From NCBI GenBank assembly GCA_963829525.1, contig CAWHIJ010000003.1:32001-96000 (forward strand): a stretch of DNA of 64,000 nt, given 5' to 3'. Below the pieces are notes generated by a model. That model was not told the DNA's origin. It worked only from the letters and a program-made list of their open reading frames with translations, and did not search any database. How positions within the stretch are numbered: position 1 is the first letter of the stretch; every line of letters begins with the position of its first letter. The translations under genes and the position numbers were made by a program. Below are positions 10,008 through 19,614 of the stretch, one piece after another. The stretch is from an uncultured Actinomycetota bacterium (GTDB lineage: Bacteria; Actinomycetota; Actinomycetes; JAHEKZ01).

Positions 10008-10970
10008 ATGCTTAGTGGTGCGTTTCGTTCTCGGCTGCTCATCTCGCTCGCTGCCGTCACCATCGGTGTCTCACTGTTGGGGCTGCCCGCCGCGACTGCC
10101 GCACCTGGCCCCGTGACAGGGCTGACCGGTGTCCCCCAACCTCCTAAGACCGTCAGCATCACCTGGGATCCCTACTCCGAGTTCACGGTTGACCACTACA
10201 ACGTGACCCTCGCGCCCGGAAGCCGTTTCCAGCAGGTTCCCGCCGGAGTAACGTCCGTCGCCTTCAAGGACCTGAGTTGGGGCGTCAGCTACGTCGCCTC
10301 CGTCGTTGCGGTCGACAGCGGAGGCAATGAGTCGGGGGTAGCCAAACTCGAGCTCCGAGGCACGAAGTTGAACGGATCGATCAAGCCTTCCGTTGTGGCC
10401 CGCGGACGCGACGCAACGGTGAGCGGCTCCTTGCGGTGGCGCAATGACGATCCGATCGCAAACGCCCGGATCGTCGTGCTGCGCGCCTTTTACCCAGCGC
10501 CCTTCCCTGCCAGCAAGTTCAAGAAGGTCGGCGTGGACCGGACCAACCGCAAGGGCCTCTTCTCAGTGACGACCACGGCCCTCCAAAAGGCCCAGTACCG
10601 AGTTCTCTACCAAGGTGAGCCGGTCACGACCCCAACCGTTGGTGGATGGGACTCGAACATCGACCTTTCAGTGACCACCCCGATCAAGTTCCGGATGTCG
10701 CCGAACCCTGTCGCATTCGGTAACACCGTTCGCTTCTCGGGCGAGGTGAAGGCCCCAGGCACTCTGGTGTCCGGTGAGGCAATCCATCTTCAGCACAAGG
10801 TCAGCGGTAAGTGGAGGACCGTCAAGTCTGGTGCGGTCAAATCTGACAGCAGCTACTCGATCAAGTTCCAGCCGAGGGTCAACAGCAACCAGGCTTGGCG
10901 AGTGACCACGGGACGCAGCGACTACTTCTCGGCGTCTTACAGCAAGCCACAGGTTCTCGTCGTCAACTAA
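10008..10970 (+). CDS. Secreted protein with N-terminal fibronectin type III domain
   Basis: Signal peptide; PGPVTGL..ITWDP..Y..DL..GVSY..V.AVD.GGNES FN3 pattern. Confidence 0.75.
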   Translation: MLSGAFRSRLLISLAAVTIGVSLLGLPAATAAPGPVTGLTGVPQPPKTVSITWDPYSEFTVDHYNVTLAPGSRFQQVPAGVTSVAFKDLSWGVSYVASVVAVDSGGNESGVAKLELRGTKLNGSIKPSVVARGRDATVSGSLRWRNDDPIANARIVVLRAFYPAPFPASKFKKVGVDRTNRKGLFSVTTTALQKAQYRVLYQGEPVTTPTVGGWDSNIDLSVTTPIKFRMSPNPVAFGNTVRFSGEVKAPGTLVSGEAIHLQHKVSGKWRTVKSGAVKSDSSYSIKFQPRVNSNQAWRVTTGRSDYFSASYSKPQVLVVN

Positions 10971-10993
10971 CCCCGGCAGCCGCGGGTAGTGCG

Positions 10994-12445
10994 TCAGGTC
11001 AACGGCGCGTTCACAAACGTTGGCGCGCGGTCGCCCCAGAACGGGCGCGCCCTCTCGAGGGCGCGCCCGACGCGGAACGTCGTCACGTCGTCGAACGTTC
11101 GCCCGACGATCTGTACCCCGGTGGGAATGCCGTTGTCGGCGAACCCGGACGGCACGTTCAACACAGGGCAGCGGCTGAACATGTTGAACACGGGAGTCAG
11201 CAGGGCGTCGAAGTACTTCGGCAGGGTGACGCCGCCGACCTCGAGCGGCTTGCCGACGTATCCCTCGCCGGCCACCAGCCCGCGCGTTGCTGACGTCGGC
11301 GCGATCAGCACGTCGTAGCGCTCGAAGAGCCGGCCGATCGGCTTCCAGATCTCGGTCTCGAGCACCATGCCTTCGATCACCGGGGTGTCCTTCCCCATCT
11401 CTGCGGTCGAGCGCGCGAACTCGATCGCGTAGTCGTTCAGCAGGTCGCCGTGCTCCTCGGCAACGCTGCCGATCCACGCGGCGAACATGGTCTGGTAGTG
11501 AACGCTGAAGGCTCGCTCCAGCACCTCGCGATCGAGGGAGAGTTCGACCTCGTCGACGTTCGCTCCGGCGTCGCGCAGGGCGAGCGCGGCGTCCCGCGTG
11601 TTGGCGGCGACCTCGGGGTCGACCGGCCAGCCCCCGAAGTCAGTGGTGTAGCCGACACGCAGACCCTCGATGCCGTCGAGGTGCGCAGGGATCTCCAGCT
11701 TCGGGCGCAGCGAGGTGTGGTCGTTCGGGTGGGGGCCGGCGAGCGCGTTCTCGAGCAGCGCGCAGTCGGCGACCGTGCGCGCCAGCGGTCCGTTGTGGCA
11801 GTACGTGTCCATGTTGAACGGCAGCTCGACGGGCACGCGGCCGTACGGCGGCTTGAAGCCGACGACGCCGTTGAACGATGCCGGGATGCGGATCGAGCCG
11901 CCGATGTCGGAGCCGCTGGCGAGGGTTGCCGTGCCTGCGGCCAGCGCCGCCCCCGACCCGCCGCTGCTGCCGCCCACCGCGTAGTGCAGGTTCCACGGGT
12001 TGCGGGTGACGCCGTAGAGCTTGGAGTGGGTGAAGCCGGCGCAGCTGAACTCTGGCGTCGTGGTGCGCGCGTGAATGATGCCGCCGGCCTCGAGGATGCG
12101 CTCGCCGATCGGCGTCGTCTCCTCGGCGATGACGTCCCGGAAGGCCAGGGACGCCAGCGTCGCCGGCTCACCCTCGATCTCGACCTCGTCCTTGAGGCCG
12201 ACCGGCAGCCCCTCGAGCGGACGCGCGTCGTCGGGGTTGCGTGCGTAGACGGCCTCTGCAGCCTTGGCCTGCTCGAGTGCGCGTTCGTAGTAGGTGAAGC
12301 AGAACGCGTTGATGTCCGGCTCGACGGCGTCCGCGCGCGCGATCGTCGCCTCCAGCAGCTCGACGGGTGACAGCTCGCGGCTGCGGAACTTCGCGAGCGC
12401 GTCAGTGGCGGTGATGTAGTGCAGCTCATTCAGGGAGTCGGTCAT
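10994..12445 (-). CDS. Amidase signature family protein
   Basis: GLKD, GGSSGGSG, GSDIGGSIRIPA; CACGAT -10 six nt upstream of ATG suggests leaderless start. Confidence 0.93.
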   Translation of the reverse strand: MTDSLNELHYITATDALAKFRSRELSPVELLEATIARADAVEPDINAFCFTYYERALEQAKAAEAVYARNPDDARPLEGLPVGLKDEVEIEGEPATLASLAFRDVIAEETTPIGERILEAGGIIHARTTTPEFSCAGFTHSKLYGVTRNPWNLHYAVGGSSGGSGAALAAGTATLASGSDIGGSIRIPASFNGVVGFKPPYGRVPVELPFNMDTYCHNGPLARTVADCALLENALAGPHPNDHTSLRPKLEIPAHLDGIEGLRVGYTTDFGGWPVDPEVAANTRDAALALRDAGANVDEVELSLDREVLERAFSVHYQTMFAAWIGSVAEEHGDLLNDYAIEFARSTAEMGKDTPVIEGMVLETEIWKPIGRLFERYDVLIAPTSATRGLVAGEGYVGKPLEVGGVTLPKYFDALLTPVFNMFSRCPVLNVPSGFADNGIPTGVQIVGRTFDDVTTFRVGRALERARPFWGDRAPTFVNAPLT

Positions 12446-12486
12446 GGCGCGATCGTGCCACACCGCGTCCCCCTCACACCCCCCGG

Positions 12487-12532
12487 ATTGTGTAGGCCTG
12501 CTGGGGGTATGGCCCCAGCAGGCCTACACAAT
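12487..12532. terminator. Perfect 20-bp-stem hairpin downstream of DUF305 gene
   Basis: ATTGTGTAGGCCTGCTGGGG-GTATGG-CCCCAGCAGGCCTACACAAT. Confidence 0.65.
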
Positions 12533-12541
12533 GTTGGGTGG

Positions 12542-13150
12542 CTAGCTCTGGTTCTTCCAGTCGCGCAGCATCTGCTTCATCTCGTTGATCTCGGCCGTCT
12601 GCGACTCCTCGATCGACTGCGCCAGCGCAATGGCGTCCGCAGACTGGCCGTTCGCCTGCTCATCCTGCGCCATCTCGATGGCGCCTTCGTGGTGGGCGAT
12701 CATCATCAGCACCCACATCCGGTCGAACGCGATGCCGCTGCCCATCATGCCTCGAATCTGGCCCATCTGATCGCCGTCCATCATGCCCGGCATGCCGTAG
12801 TCGCTGTCGGTATCTGTGTCGCCGCCCATCATCATGTGGTCGTAGCTGTCGAGGTCGGGGACGTCTTCGCCCCACGACTCCAGCCACCCGGTCATCTCCT
12901 CGATCTCCGGCGCCTGCGCAGCCTTGATGCGCTCGGCCAGGTCTTGCAGCTCTTGCGTCTTGGCGCCGTCGATGGCGACGTCCGCCATCACGAGCGCCTG
13001 CTGGTGGTGCGGAATCATGTCTTGCGCGAATGTGACATCCGCTTCGTTGTGGTTGGCGGAAGTCGCACCGGTCGCGTCAGTGGTGTCGCCGCCGCAGCCG
13101 GCCAAGACCAACAGCGCGGCAGCGGCTGCTGGAAGGACGCGGGTGAACAT
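12542..13150 (-). CDS. DUF305 (CopM-like) lipoprotein
   Basis: LAGC lipobox, FAQDMIPHHQQA and MIAHHEGAIEMA helices, Met-rich linker. Confidence 0.9.
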   Translation of the reverse strand: MFTRVLPAAAAALLVLAGCGGDTTDATGATSANHNEADVTFAQDMIPHHQQALVMADVAIDGAKTQELQDLAERIKAAQAPEIEEMTGWLESWGEDVPDLDSYDHMMMGGDTDTDSDYGMPGMMDGDQMGQIRGMMGSGIAFDRMWVLMMIAHHEGAIEMAQDEQANGQSADAIALAQSIEESQTAEINEMKQMLRDWKNQS

Positions 13151-13468
13151 ACGGGTACCCATCGAGGCTCCCGCGGTGATGGCGGGGACGGTCCCCGCGG
13201 CGGTGGCGGCGGTGGCGTCACCCGCGACGGCATCGCTGTGCCGCATTCCCAGCGCCAAGACAGCAGTCGCCGCCCCGACGGCCACCCTGCGCGGATTCAC
13301 TTGCCCAGAGTACGCCCGGCCTCAGCAGCCCCACGCCTCCAGATCGTCAAGGTGCGGCCCCACACTGCCGATATCCGGTGCATAGAGCATCCGCCCGTTG
13401 TAGCTGTGAAGCGCAGCGGGCGGACTGCCGCCCGCGACCAGGGCAGGCTAAGAGGACTGCCCACTACC

Positions 13469-13558
13469 TCACGTCAATGCCCACCCGATGTAGATGGCCG
13501 CTCCCCACAGAGGGGCGGTGAAGGTCAGTCCCAGGATCAGTCCGCGAAACGCGACCAT
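13469..13558 (-). CDS. Small (29 aa) single-TM peptide, not in ORF track
   Basis: MVAFRGLILGLTFTAPLWGAAIYIGWALT*; GGAG a few nt upstream of ATG. Confidence 0.5.
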   Translation of the reverse strand: MVAFRGLILGLTFTAPLWGAAIYIGWALT

Positions 13559-13675
13559 CGTTAGCTCCATCCTTAGTGCATCTCGCCCGTATCCGGATCG
13601 AGGTGGGTGCCGTGCTCGTTCGTGGTCGGGCTTGTCGTTGAAGGTCACGATGTCCGTGCAGCCACATGGAATGCC

Positions 13676-14839
13676 TCAGGCGCCGCGGTTCTTGCGGAAT
13701 GGACCGGTAACCTCGAATGTGAGCCCCTCGTCATCGGTGCCTCGCTGCGAGCTGAAGTACAGGCGAGTCCCGTCCGGGCTGAATGCGCTGCCGGTGATCG
13801 CGCTACCCCCGTGGCCGACCAGCTGCACGAAAGGCGCAGATACCCGACGGCGCCTCGCATCGGCGAGCAGAACCAACTGCAGGCCGGCATCGACGTCGGC
13901 ATCGTCGTCCGACACCAGGATGTCTCCGGACCGCTCGTGCACCGTGATGCTCGACGGGTGTCGCAGGGGAGCGTCAGGTCCGATCGCCTCCGCGTCGTAG
14001 ATCACCTCGAGCTCGTTTGCGGCAATGTTCATCGCCCAGACCCGTTGGTCGGTCGTCGCGAAGAACAGGTGACCGTCGGAGGACCACGCGACGTCGCTGC
14101 CGCGGAAGCCGGTCGTCGCGTCACTTCGCTCCGGACGCCGCCCCGAGACCTCGACCCAGTCGACGTGTCCGCTGCGGCGCAGCTTGGCCGCCTCGAGGAT
14201 GCCGGTCGACAGGTCGCCGTACTCGTCGGGACGGAACCGGTAGACGCGTCCGTCGTGGTCGTCCTCGGTCAGGTAGACCCAGCCGGTGCGTGGGTCGACG
14301 ACAGCGTCGCCGTGCGCGAACGCGCCGACGCCGGGGCGGACAGCACCCTGGCCCGGCTTCATCGGGTCGCACTCCCAGACGCGGCCGTGACCGGAGCCGC
14401 TCGCACGACAGCCAGGTGGACCACGGCGTCGCGCCGCCGGCGTCGTTGTCCGGTGTCCCGCCCAAGATCCGGTACGCGTCGACGATCCGGCCTTCGGCGT
14501 TGAAGCGGATCGCTCCGGCGCCGCCGCCTTGGCCAGGCAGGTCGGAGTTGCTCGCGTAGACCCAGCCGCCGTCCTTGGTGCGGAAGGTCGCACCGCCGGC
14601 CGGCTCGCCGTGCCATGCGTAGTCGGAGCCGGCGACGAGGCGTCCGGCCCTGCCGATCAGCCTGGCGCGGAATCCACCCGGCAGGCGGATGCCGTAGATG
14701 TCTGGCTGGCCGAGAGGGCCGTAGGGCCCGAGCCCGATCAGCGCCGGTGCCGCCAAGGCCCTGCGCCAGAAGTCGATGCCGAGGCTGAGCGCCGGCAGGG
14801 GACCCGGTCCGAGGCGCGGTGCCCGTCCATGGTCGTCAT
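13676..14839 (-). CDS. PhoX/DUF839-like beta-propeller protein, frameshifted and divergent
   Basis: GPYGPL, IRLPGGF, AGGATPWSTWLSCE, RVWECDP, YLTED, ITGSAFSPDGTRLYFSSQRG across two frames (shift ~14400); start uncertain. Confidence 0.75.
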
Positions 14840-15043
14840 ACCGTCGAGCGTGGAGCGGCCCAGTGGCCGCAGCTGTCCTGCCGGAGAAACAGCACGTGAA
14901 CGTTGGGGGGCGAGTTCGCGCGGCCTGCGTCGTCCATTCGCGGCATCCGATGTACCCCTGCGGTACACCGATCACCGCGAATGGCGGCGGCGGCGCGGCA
15001 CAATGGGCGGGAATCGTCGTCGCACCCGGAGGCTTGAACCAGC

Positions 15044-16482
15044 GTGGAGTTCGTTGCCCTCATCGCCCGGCTGGCCCTCGTGGTCACGTTTGCCATCTCT
15101 GCGGTCGCAAAGATCCGGGACGCCGACGGCGCGCGCCAGGCCGTCCGCGACTTCGGCGTCCCCGCAGGCGTCGCCCCGCTGGTGGCCACCTCACTGGCGC
15201 CGCTCGAGCTGGCGTCGGCCGCCCTGCTGCTGACCACCGACCTCGGTGTCACCGCCGGCGCGCTGCTGGCCCTGGGGCTGCTCGCCGCGTTCACCTCGGG
15301 CATCGTCACCAACCTGCTGCGCGGCAACCGGGTGGACTGTCACTGCTTCGGCGCGATGTCGAGCAAGCCGCTCTCGTGGTGGTCGGTGGTGCGCAACAGC
15401 GCGATGATGCTGCTGGCCGTTGTGGTGCTCGCGGGCGGAACGACGCAGGGCTGGCCCTGGCAGGTCGTGAGCCGAGACCTTCGACGGCCTCTCCACCGCT
15501 GAGACGTGGCTCGCCGTCGGGCTGATCGCGCTGGCACTGGCCGTCGTCGTGCTCGCGGTGCTCTTCTTCTCGCTGCTGCAGCGGTACGGCTCGGTGCTGC
15601 TGCGCCTCGAAGCTCTGGAGTCCGCCCCCGCCGGCGCACACCAAGGACACGGACACGCGCACGAGTTCGCTCCGTGGGCGGCGCCCGAGATCGCCGCGGT
15701 GGACGCCTCCGGTGCTGACCTGTCCCTCGACGACATCGCCGCCGACGACCGGGCCAGCCTGTTCGTCTTCGTCGCCCCATGGTGCGAGGCATGCGGCGAG
15801 CTCGTCGACGACCTCAAGTCGTGGCAGGCCGACGACACCGGCCCCAACGTCGTCGTCCTCAGCGGTGGCGAGCGCGACGCGATCACCGCGAAGTTCGGCC
15901 CGGACGTCAACGTCTTCGCGCATGACGGCGCCCCCATCGACGACTACCGCGTCGAGTACACGCCCGGGCGCTGTCGTGGTGAGCACCGACCGCATGGTCA
16001 CCGTCACCCCGGCGTACGGCTCGGACGACGTCCGCCGCCTCTACAACGCGCTCGCCGGACGCGAGCCGCAAGACCTGGTGATCGGCCCGCCGCCGGTGCG
16101 CGAGGGCGACCCTGCGCCGGACGTAATGGTCGAGCTCGACGGCGAGCGGATGCCGATCGCCGAGGCCGCCGGCGACGACGCCGTCCTTCTGTTCTGGGAC
16201 ACCACCTGCGGGTTCTGCCAGCAGATCGAGGGCGACGTGCTGCGCCGGCAAGACACCGTGCCGCTGGTGCTCGTGCTGCGCGGCGACTCCGAGGCCGGCG
16301 TCCGCGAGACCGGGTTCACCGTGCCGGTGGCGCTCGACCCGACGTTCGGCGTCGGCGGGGCGCTGCAGGCTCCCGGGACTCCGACCGCCGTGCGGGTGCG
16401 CGACGGCGAGATCGCGTCAACGGTGGCGGTGGGCGGGCCTGAGGTGCTGAACCTGCTGGCGTCCGTCCGCGTCATGGGCTGA
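15044..16482 (+). CDS. MauE/DoxX membrane domain fused to two thioredoxin-like domains (frameshifts ~15478, ~15968)
   Basis: F..SAVAK, LELA, RG..VDCHCFG, WSVVRN MauE motifs; TM plus His-rich linker; APWCEAC and DTTCGFC CxxC motifs; TP cis-Pro motifs. Confidence 0.85.
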
Positions 16483-16631
16483 CGCGCCGGCGAGCGCCAC
16501 CCTCGGAATGTGTTAGCTGGCTGGGGCCATTGCCCCATCGAACGCACACGTTGTGCCAGCCGCAGGCGACGCCGCCGATCTAGCGCGTGTCGGCGCTGGG
16601 CTCCCCCTGACCCCACGGTCAGGATGATCAG

Positions 16632-16931
16632 ATGACCGACGAGTGGGAGGTGCGGCTGACCCTGGCTGTCGAGCCGCCACCGGACGAGGGAACCGTTCAC
16701 CGGATCGGGACGACGCAGCCGGTGCCGTGGTCTGGCATCGGCCTGGCAGAGGGCTCCCAGGGGATCACCCGGCTCGCGCTCAACTACGTGTCGACGCCCG
16801 CCACGCCGGCCGAGGCGGTCGCGCAGGCCTTCGACAACGTCGGCCGCGCCCTCGACCAGCACGGCCTCGGTCTCGAGCGGGTGATCGACGTCGCTGTGGT
16901 CTCGGCCACCCGCGACGAGCGCGACTGGTAG
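16632..16931 (+). CDS. Hypothetical protein (99 aa)
   Basis: Coding-like codon usage, CAGGAT -10 just upstream of ATG. Confidence 0.55.
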   Translation: MTDEWEVRLTLAVEPPPDEGTVHRIGTTQPVPWSGIGLAEGSQGITRLALNYVSTPATPAEAVAQAFDNVGRALDQHGLGLERVIDVAVVSATRDERDW

Positions 16932-17085
16932 GCGTCCAGACCCCCAAAGAGCCCTCGACTGGGCCATTCGGGTGACCTTAGGAAGTTGATCTTCACCCAG
17001 ATGGGCGTACAGAAGTCGATGCCGGCCGGTCCCACAGAAGGGCTCTCGACTCAAGCGCGCGGGCCCAATTGCCGAAGTTATCTTC

Positions 17086-17752
17086 GTGGGGCACTGGCTC
17101 GACGCGCTGGCAAAGGCGTCGACCGGTCACCGAACACGTCATCGCACTGCTGTCTCGGGGACCGAATCGCCGCCTGAGCCCGGGCGTCCCGCGGCGATCG
17201 CCCCTGCGCCGGAAGCGCAGGGTCTGACTCGGCGCGCCCTGCTCCAGCGCGGCGCCGTCGTCGGCGCTGTCGTCTGGACGACGCCACTGCTGCAGTCCGC
17301 ACTCGCCCCAGCTGCGGCCGTCAGCCCCCCTCCGGCCTGCACGGTGTCCTGCCCGGCCGGGAGCCTCTGTACGACGACCACGAACTGCGCCTCGGGCCTG
17401 ACCTGCATCGGAGGGATCTGCAAGATCCCGTACGGCAACACCACCGCGGTCTGCAACGCATCCACCCAGTGCCAGAGCGGCAACTGCAGCGCCACCACAA
17501 ACCGTTGCCTCGCCTCATGGCCGGGGACCACCTGCACCTCGGGCACGCAGTGCCTGTCTGGAAAGTGCACCGGCGGCAAATGCTTCGAGAACGCCCTCGG
17601 CGGGACGTGCCGAACCACCGCCGACTGCACCGACAACACCACCTGCCCGGCTGGGACGGGTGGACCCTACGTCTGTGGCGGAACCGGGGCGTCGTGCCAG
17701 AACAGCAACAAGTGCGTTATCCAACAACTGCCGAGAAGGGGTCTGCCGGTAG
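17086..17752 (+). CDS. Tat-exported cysteine-repeat protein 1 (one frameshift ~17718)
   Basis: LTRRALL Tat motif, APAAA cleavage; 20 Cys in frame, 22 if repaired to ...KCVSNNCREGVCR*. Confidence 0.8.
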
Positions 17753-17876
17753 ATCCCGCACGCCTAAAGCGACTCCCCCCACACCCAATCGGGCTTCGTC
17801 CGTTGGGTGGCTCGCACAAAGTGCCCCATTTCCCCTAGAGTGTCCACGTCGACGATCTATCTCCCGGGGGTACCTC

Positions 17877-18546
17877 ATGAGCAGTTGGCTCGATGGTTGG
17901 GCCAGGCGCGCCGCCGAGGCGACGCCTAATGCTCCTCAGACCTCCGAGGCACCTTCGCGCGGGGACGCCGGCTACGCCCGTCGTGACTTTCTGAAGAAGG
18001 CCGGCATCGTCGGCGGCGTCGCCTGGTCGGTGCCCGTGCTGCAGACCGTGATGGCCCCGGCGGCGAGCGCGTCGGTCGGCACGCTGGCAGCGTCTGCACG
18101 GCGCCAGGCCTGAACTGGGCACGGCTGCGCTGACGCGATGCAACGCCGCCAACGTCTGCGGCGGTGTGGGCGCCATCTGTCCGACTGGGAGCCTGCTACT
18201 CGTCAACGTGCTCGGCACTGGTGCTCCAGGCAAACGCTGCAGTGACATTCGCGGTGGCATAGGCGCAACCTGCTCGCCCTCGTGACGGTCTGCAGGCAAC
18301 TGCGGCTCCGGAGTCGGCTGCTCATCGCGGATGGGACAACCTACCTGTGGTGGCTCCAGCGGCCGACTTGCGGTACGAGCAACGCCCTGCTGCGGATGGC
18401 AACGTGCAGCAGGAAACATCTCAGAGACCGGCGTACACTCGTCGGCGGCGAAGGGTGCGACCTGACTGCAAGACTGGCACCGCTAGCGCTGCCGACCGGT
18501 GCAAGTCGGGCTGCACACCAACCAGGCATCCGGTAACTGCGGCTAG
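17877..18546 (+). CDS. Tat-exported cysteine-repeat protein 2 (multiple apparent indels)
   Basis: ARRDFLKKAG Tat motif, APAASA; downstream fragments CNAANVCGGVGAIC, GIGATC, GNCGSGVGC, TCGG, RCKSGC, GNCG* spread across frames. Confidence 0.6.
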
Positions 18547-18587
18547 AGCACCTCGGTCTCCGCACTTGGTTCCCGGCGCTCGGCAGG

Positions 18588-19514
18588 ATGTTAAGTCTCG
18601 GAGCGACCCTTGATCTTCATCGAGGCTCGGCGCGGGCAGCCTGCTGCTGCACGCTGGTGGTGCTGCCAGCGCTGAACGGGCGGACCGTCGTCGTCCACGG
18701 CGCCTCCGGTGCCGGCAAGACGACGCTGACCACGGCGCTCGTCCAAGCCGGGCTCGCCTACGTCACCGACGAAACGGTCTGCCTCGATCCCGACACGCTC
18801 GTCATCGAGCCGTTCACCAAGCCGCTGACGGTCAAGCCGGGTTCGCAGGAGCTGCTCGCGCACCTCGCCCCACCGCCGGAGGAAGTCTCCGAGGGCAGCG
18901 GTAACTGGCAGCTCCCACCCGAACGCCTTGGCGGCCCGCCACTTCCCGACGCCGAGCTTCGCCCCGCAGTCATCGTCTTCCCCGACGTCGACCCAGACCG
19001 CACCGACGTCGTCGCCACCCCGGTCTCACCCGCTCGCGCCGCCTTCGTGCTCGGCGAGCAGTCGAGCGCGATGTGGGCGATCGAACCGCGTCCGCTGGCC
19101 GCCATCGCACGACTCGTCACCACCGTCCCCGCCTTCCAGGTCAGCTACGGCAACGCGTTCGAGGCCGCCCCGGTCATCATCGGCGAGCTCATGGACGCCG
19201 CTCCCCCGAGGGGCTCGAGCCACCCTCGAACACCGCCGAGCCGGCACCCACCGGCACCGCCGGCCCGCGTCGCGCGGACGGCGTCGACTGGATCCTGCTC
19301 GCGGGCGAGGCCGTGCTCTTCGACGGCGAGCACCTGCACCACCTCGACGGCCCCGGCGCCGCGATCTGGCTCGCCCTCGACGGCGGGCTCGACCTGCCAG
19401 GCGTTGCCGCCGAGCTCGCCGAGCACTTCGGCGCGGACGCCGACGCACATCCTGCTTGACGTCGAAGACCTGGTGCGCGTGCTCAGTGCACGCAAACTCA
19501 TCAGCCATCCCTAG
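18588..19514 (+). CDS. HPr-kinase-related P-loop protein fused to C-terminal PqqD/RRE-like domain (frameshifted; N-terminus uncertain)
   Basis: LLLHAG, GASGAGKTTL, YVTDE, EPFTKP; C-terminal GEAVLFD..HLHHLDGPGAAIWLALDG..AAELAEHFG..LLDVEDLVRVL.ARKLI. Confidence 0.75.
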   Translation: MLSLGATLDLHRGSARAACCCTLVVLPALNGRTVVVHGASGAGKTTLTTALVQAGLAYVTDETVCLDPDTLVIEPFTKPLTVKPGSQELLAHLAPPPEEVSEGSGNWQLPPERLGGPPLPDAELRPAVIVFPDVDPDRTDVVATPVSPARAAFVLGEQSSAMWAIEPRPLAAIARLVTTVPAFQVSYGNAFEAAPVIIGELMDAAPPRGSSHPRTPPSRHPPAPPARVARTASTGSCSRARPCSSTASTCTTSTAPAPRSGSPSTAGSTCQALPPSSPSTSARTPTHILLDVEDLVRVLSARKLISHP

Positions 19515-19614
19515 CCGCTGACGCCCACCACCCGGCTGGCGGATCCCGCCCGCATGCGAGGTCGGCCATCCTTGATCGGTTAGGGGCCAGTCGAAGCACA
19601 GGGGGAACACAACC

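Noticed and set aside
16940-17085. Loose direct repeats and TCACCC/GGGTGA half-sites upstream of Cys protein 1 as an operator or riboswitch
   Set aside because: Matches are short and imperfect (CTCGACT, GAAGTT(G)ATCTTC), with no recognisable aptamer or complete palindrome.
15044-18546. True methylamine/aromatic amine dehydrogenase (mau) operon
   Set aside because: No large-subunit or MauG gene, and the Cys-rich proteins lack recognisable TTQ-forming Trp motifs.
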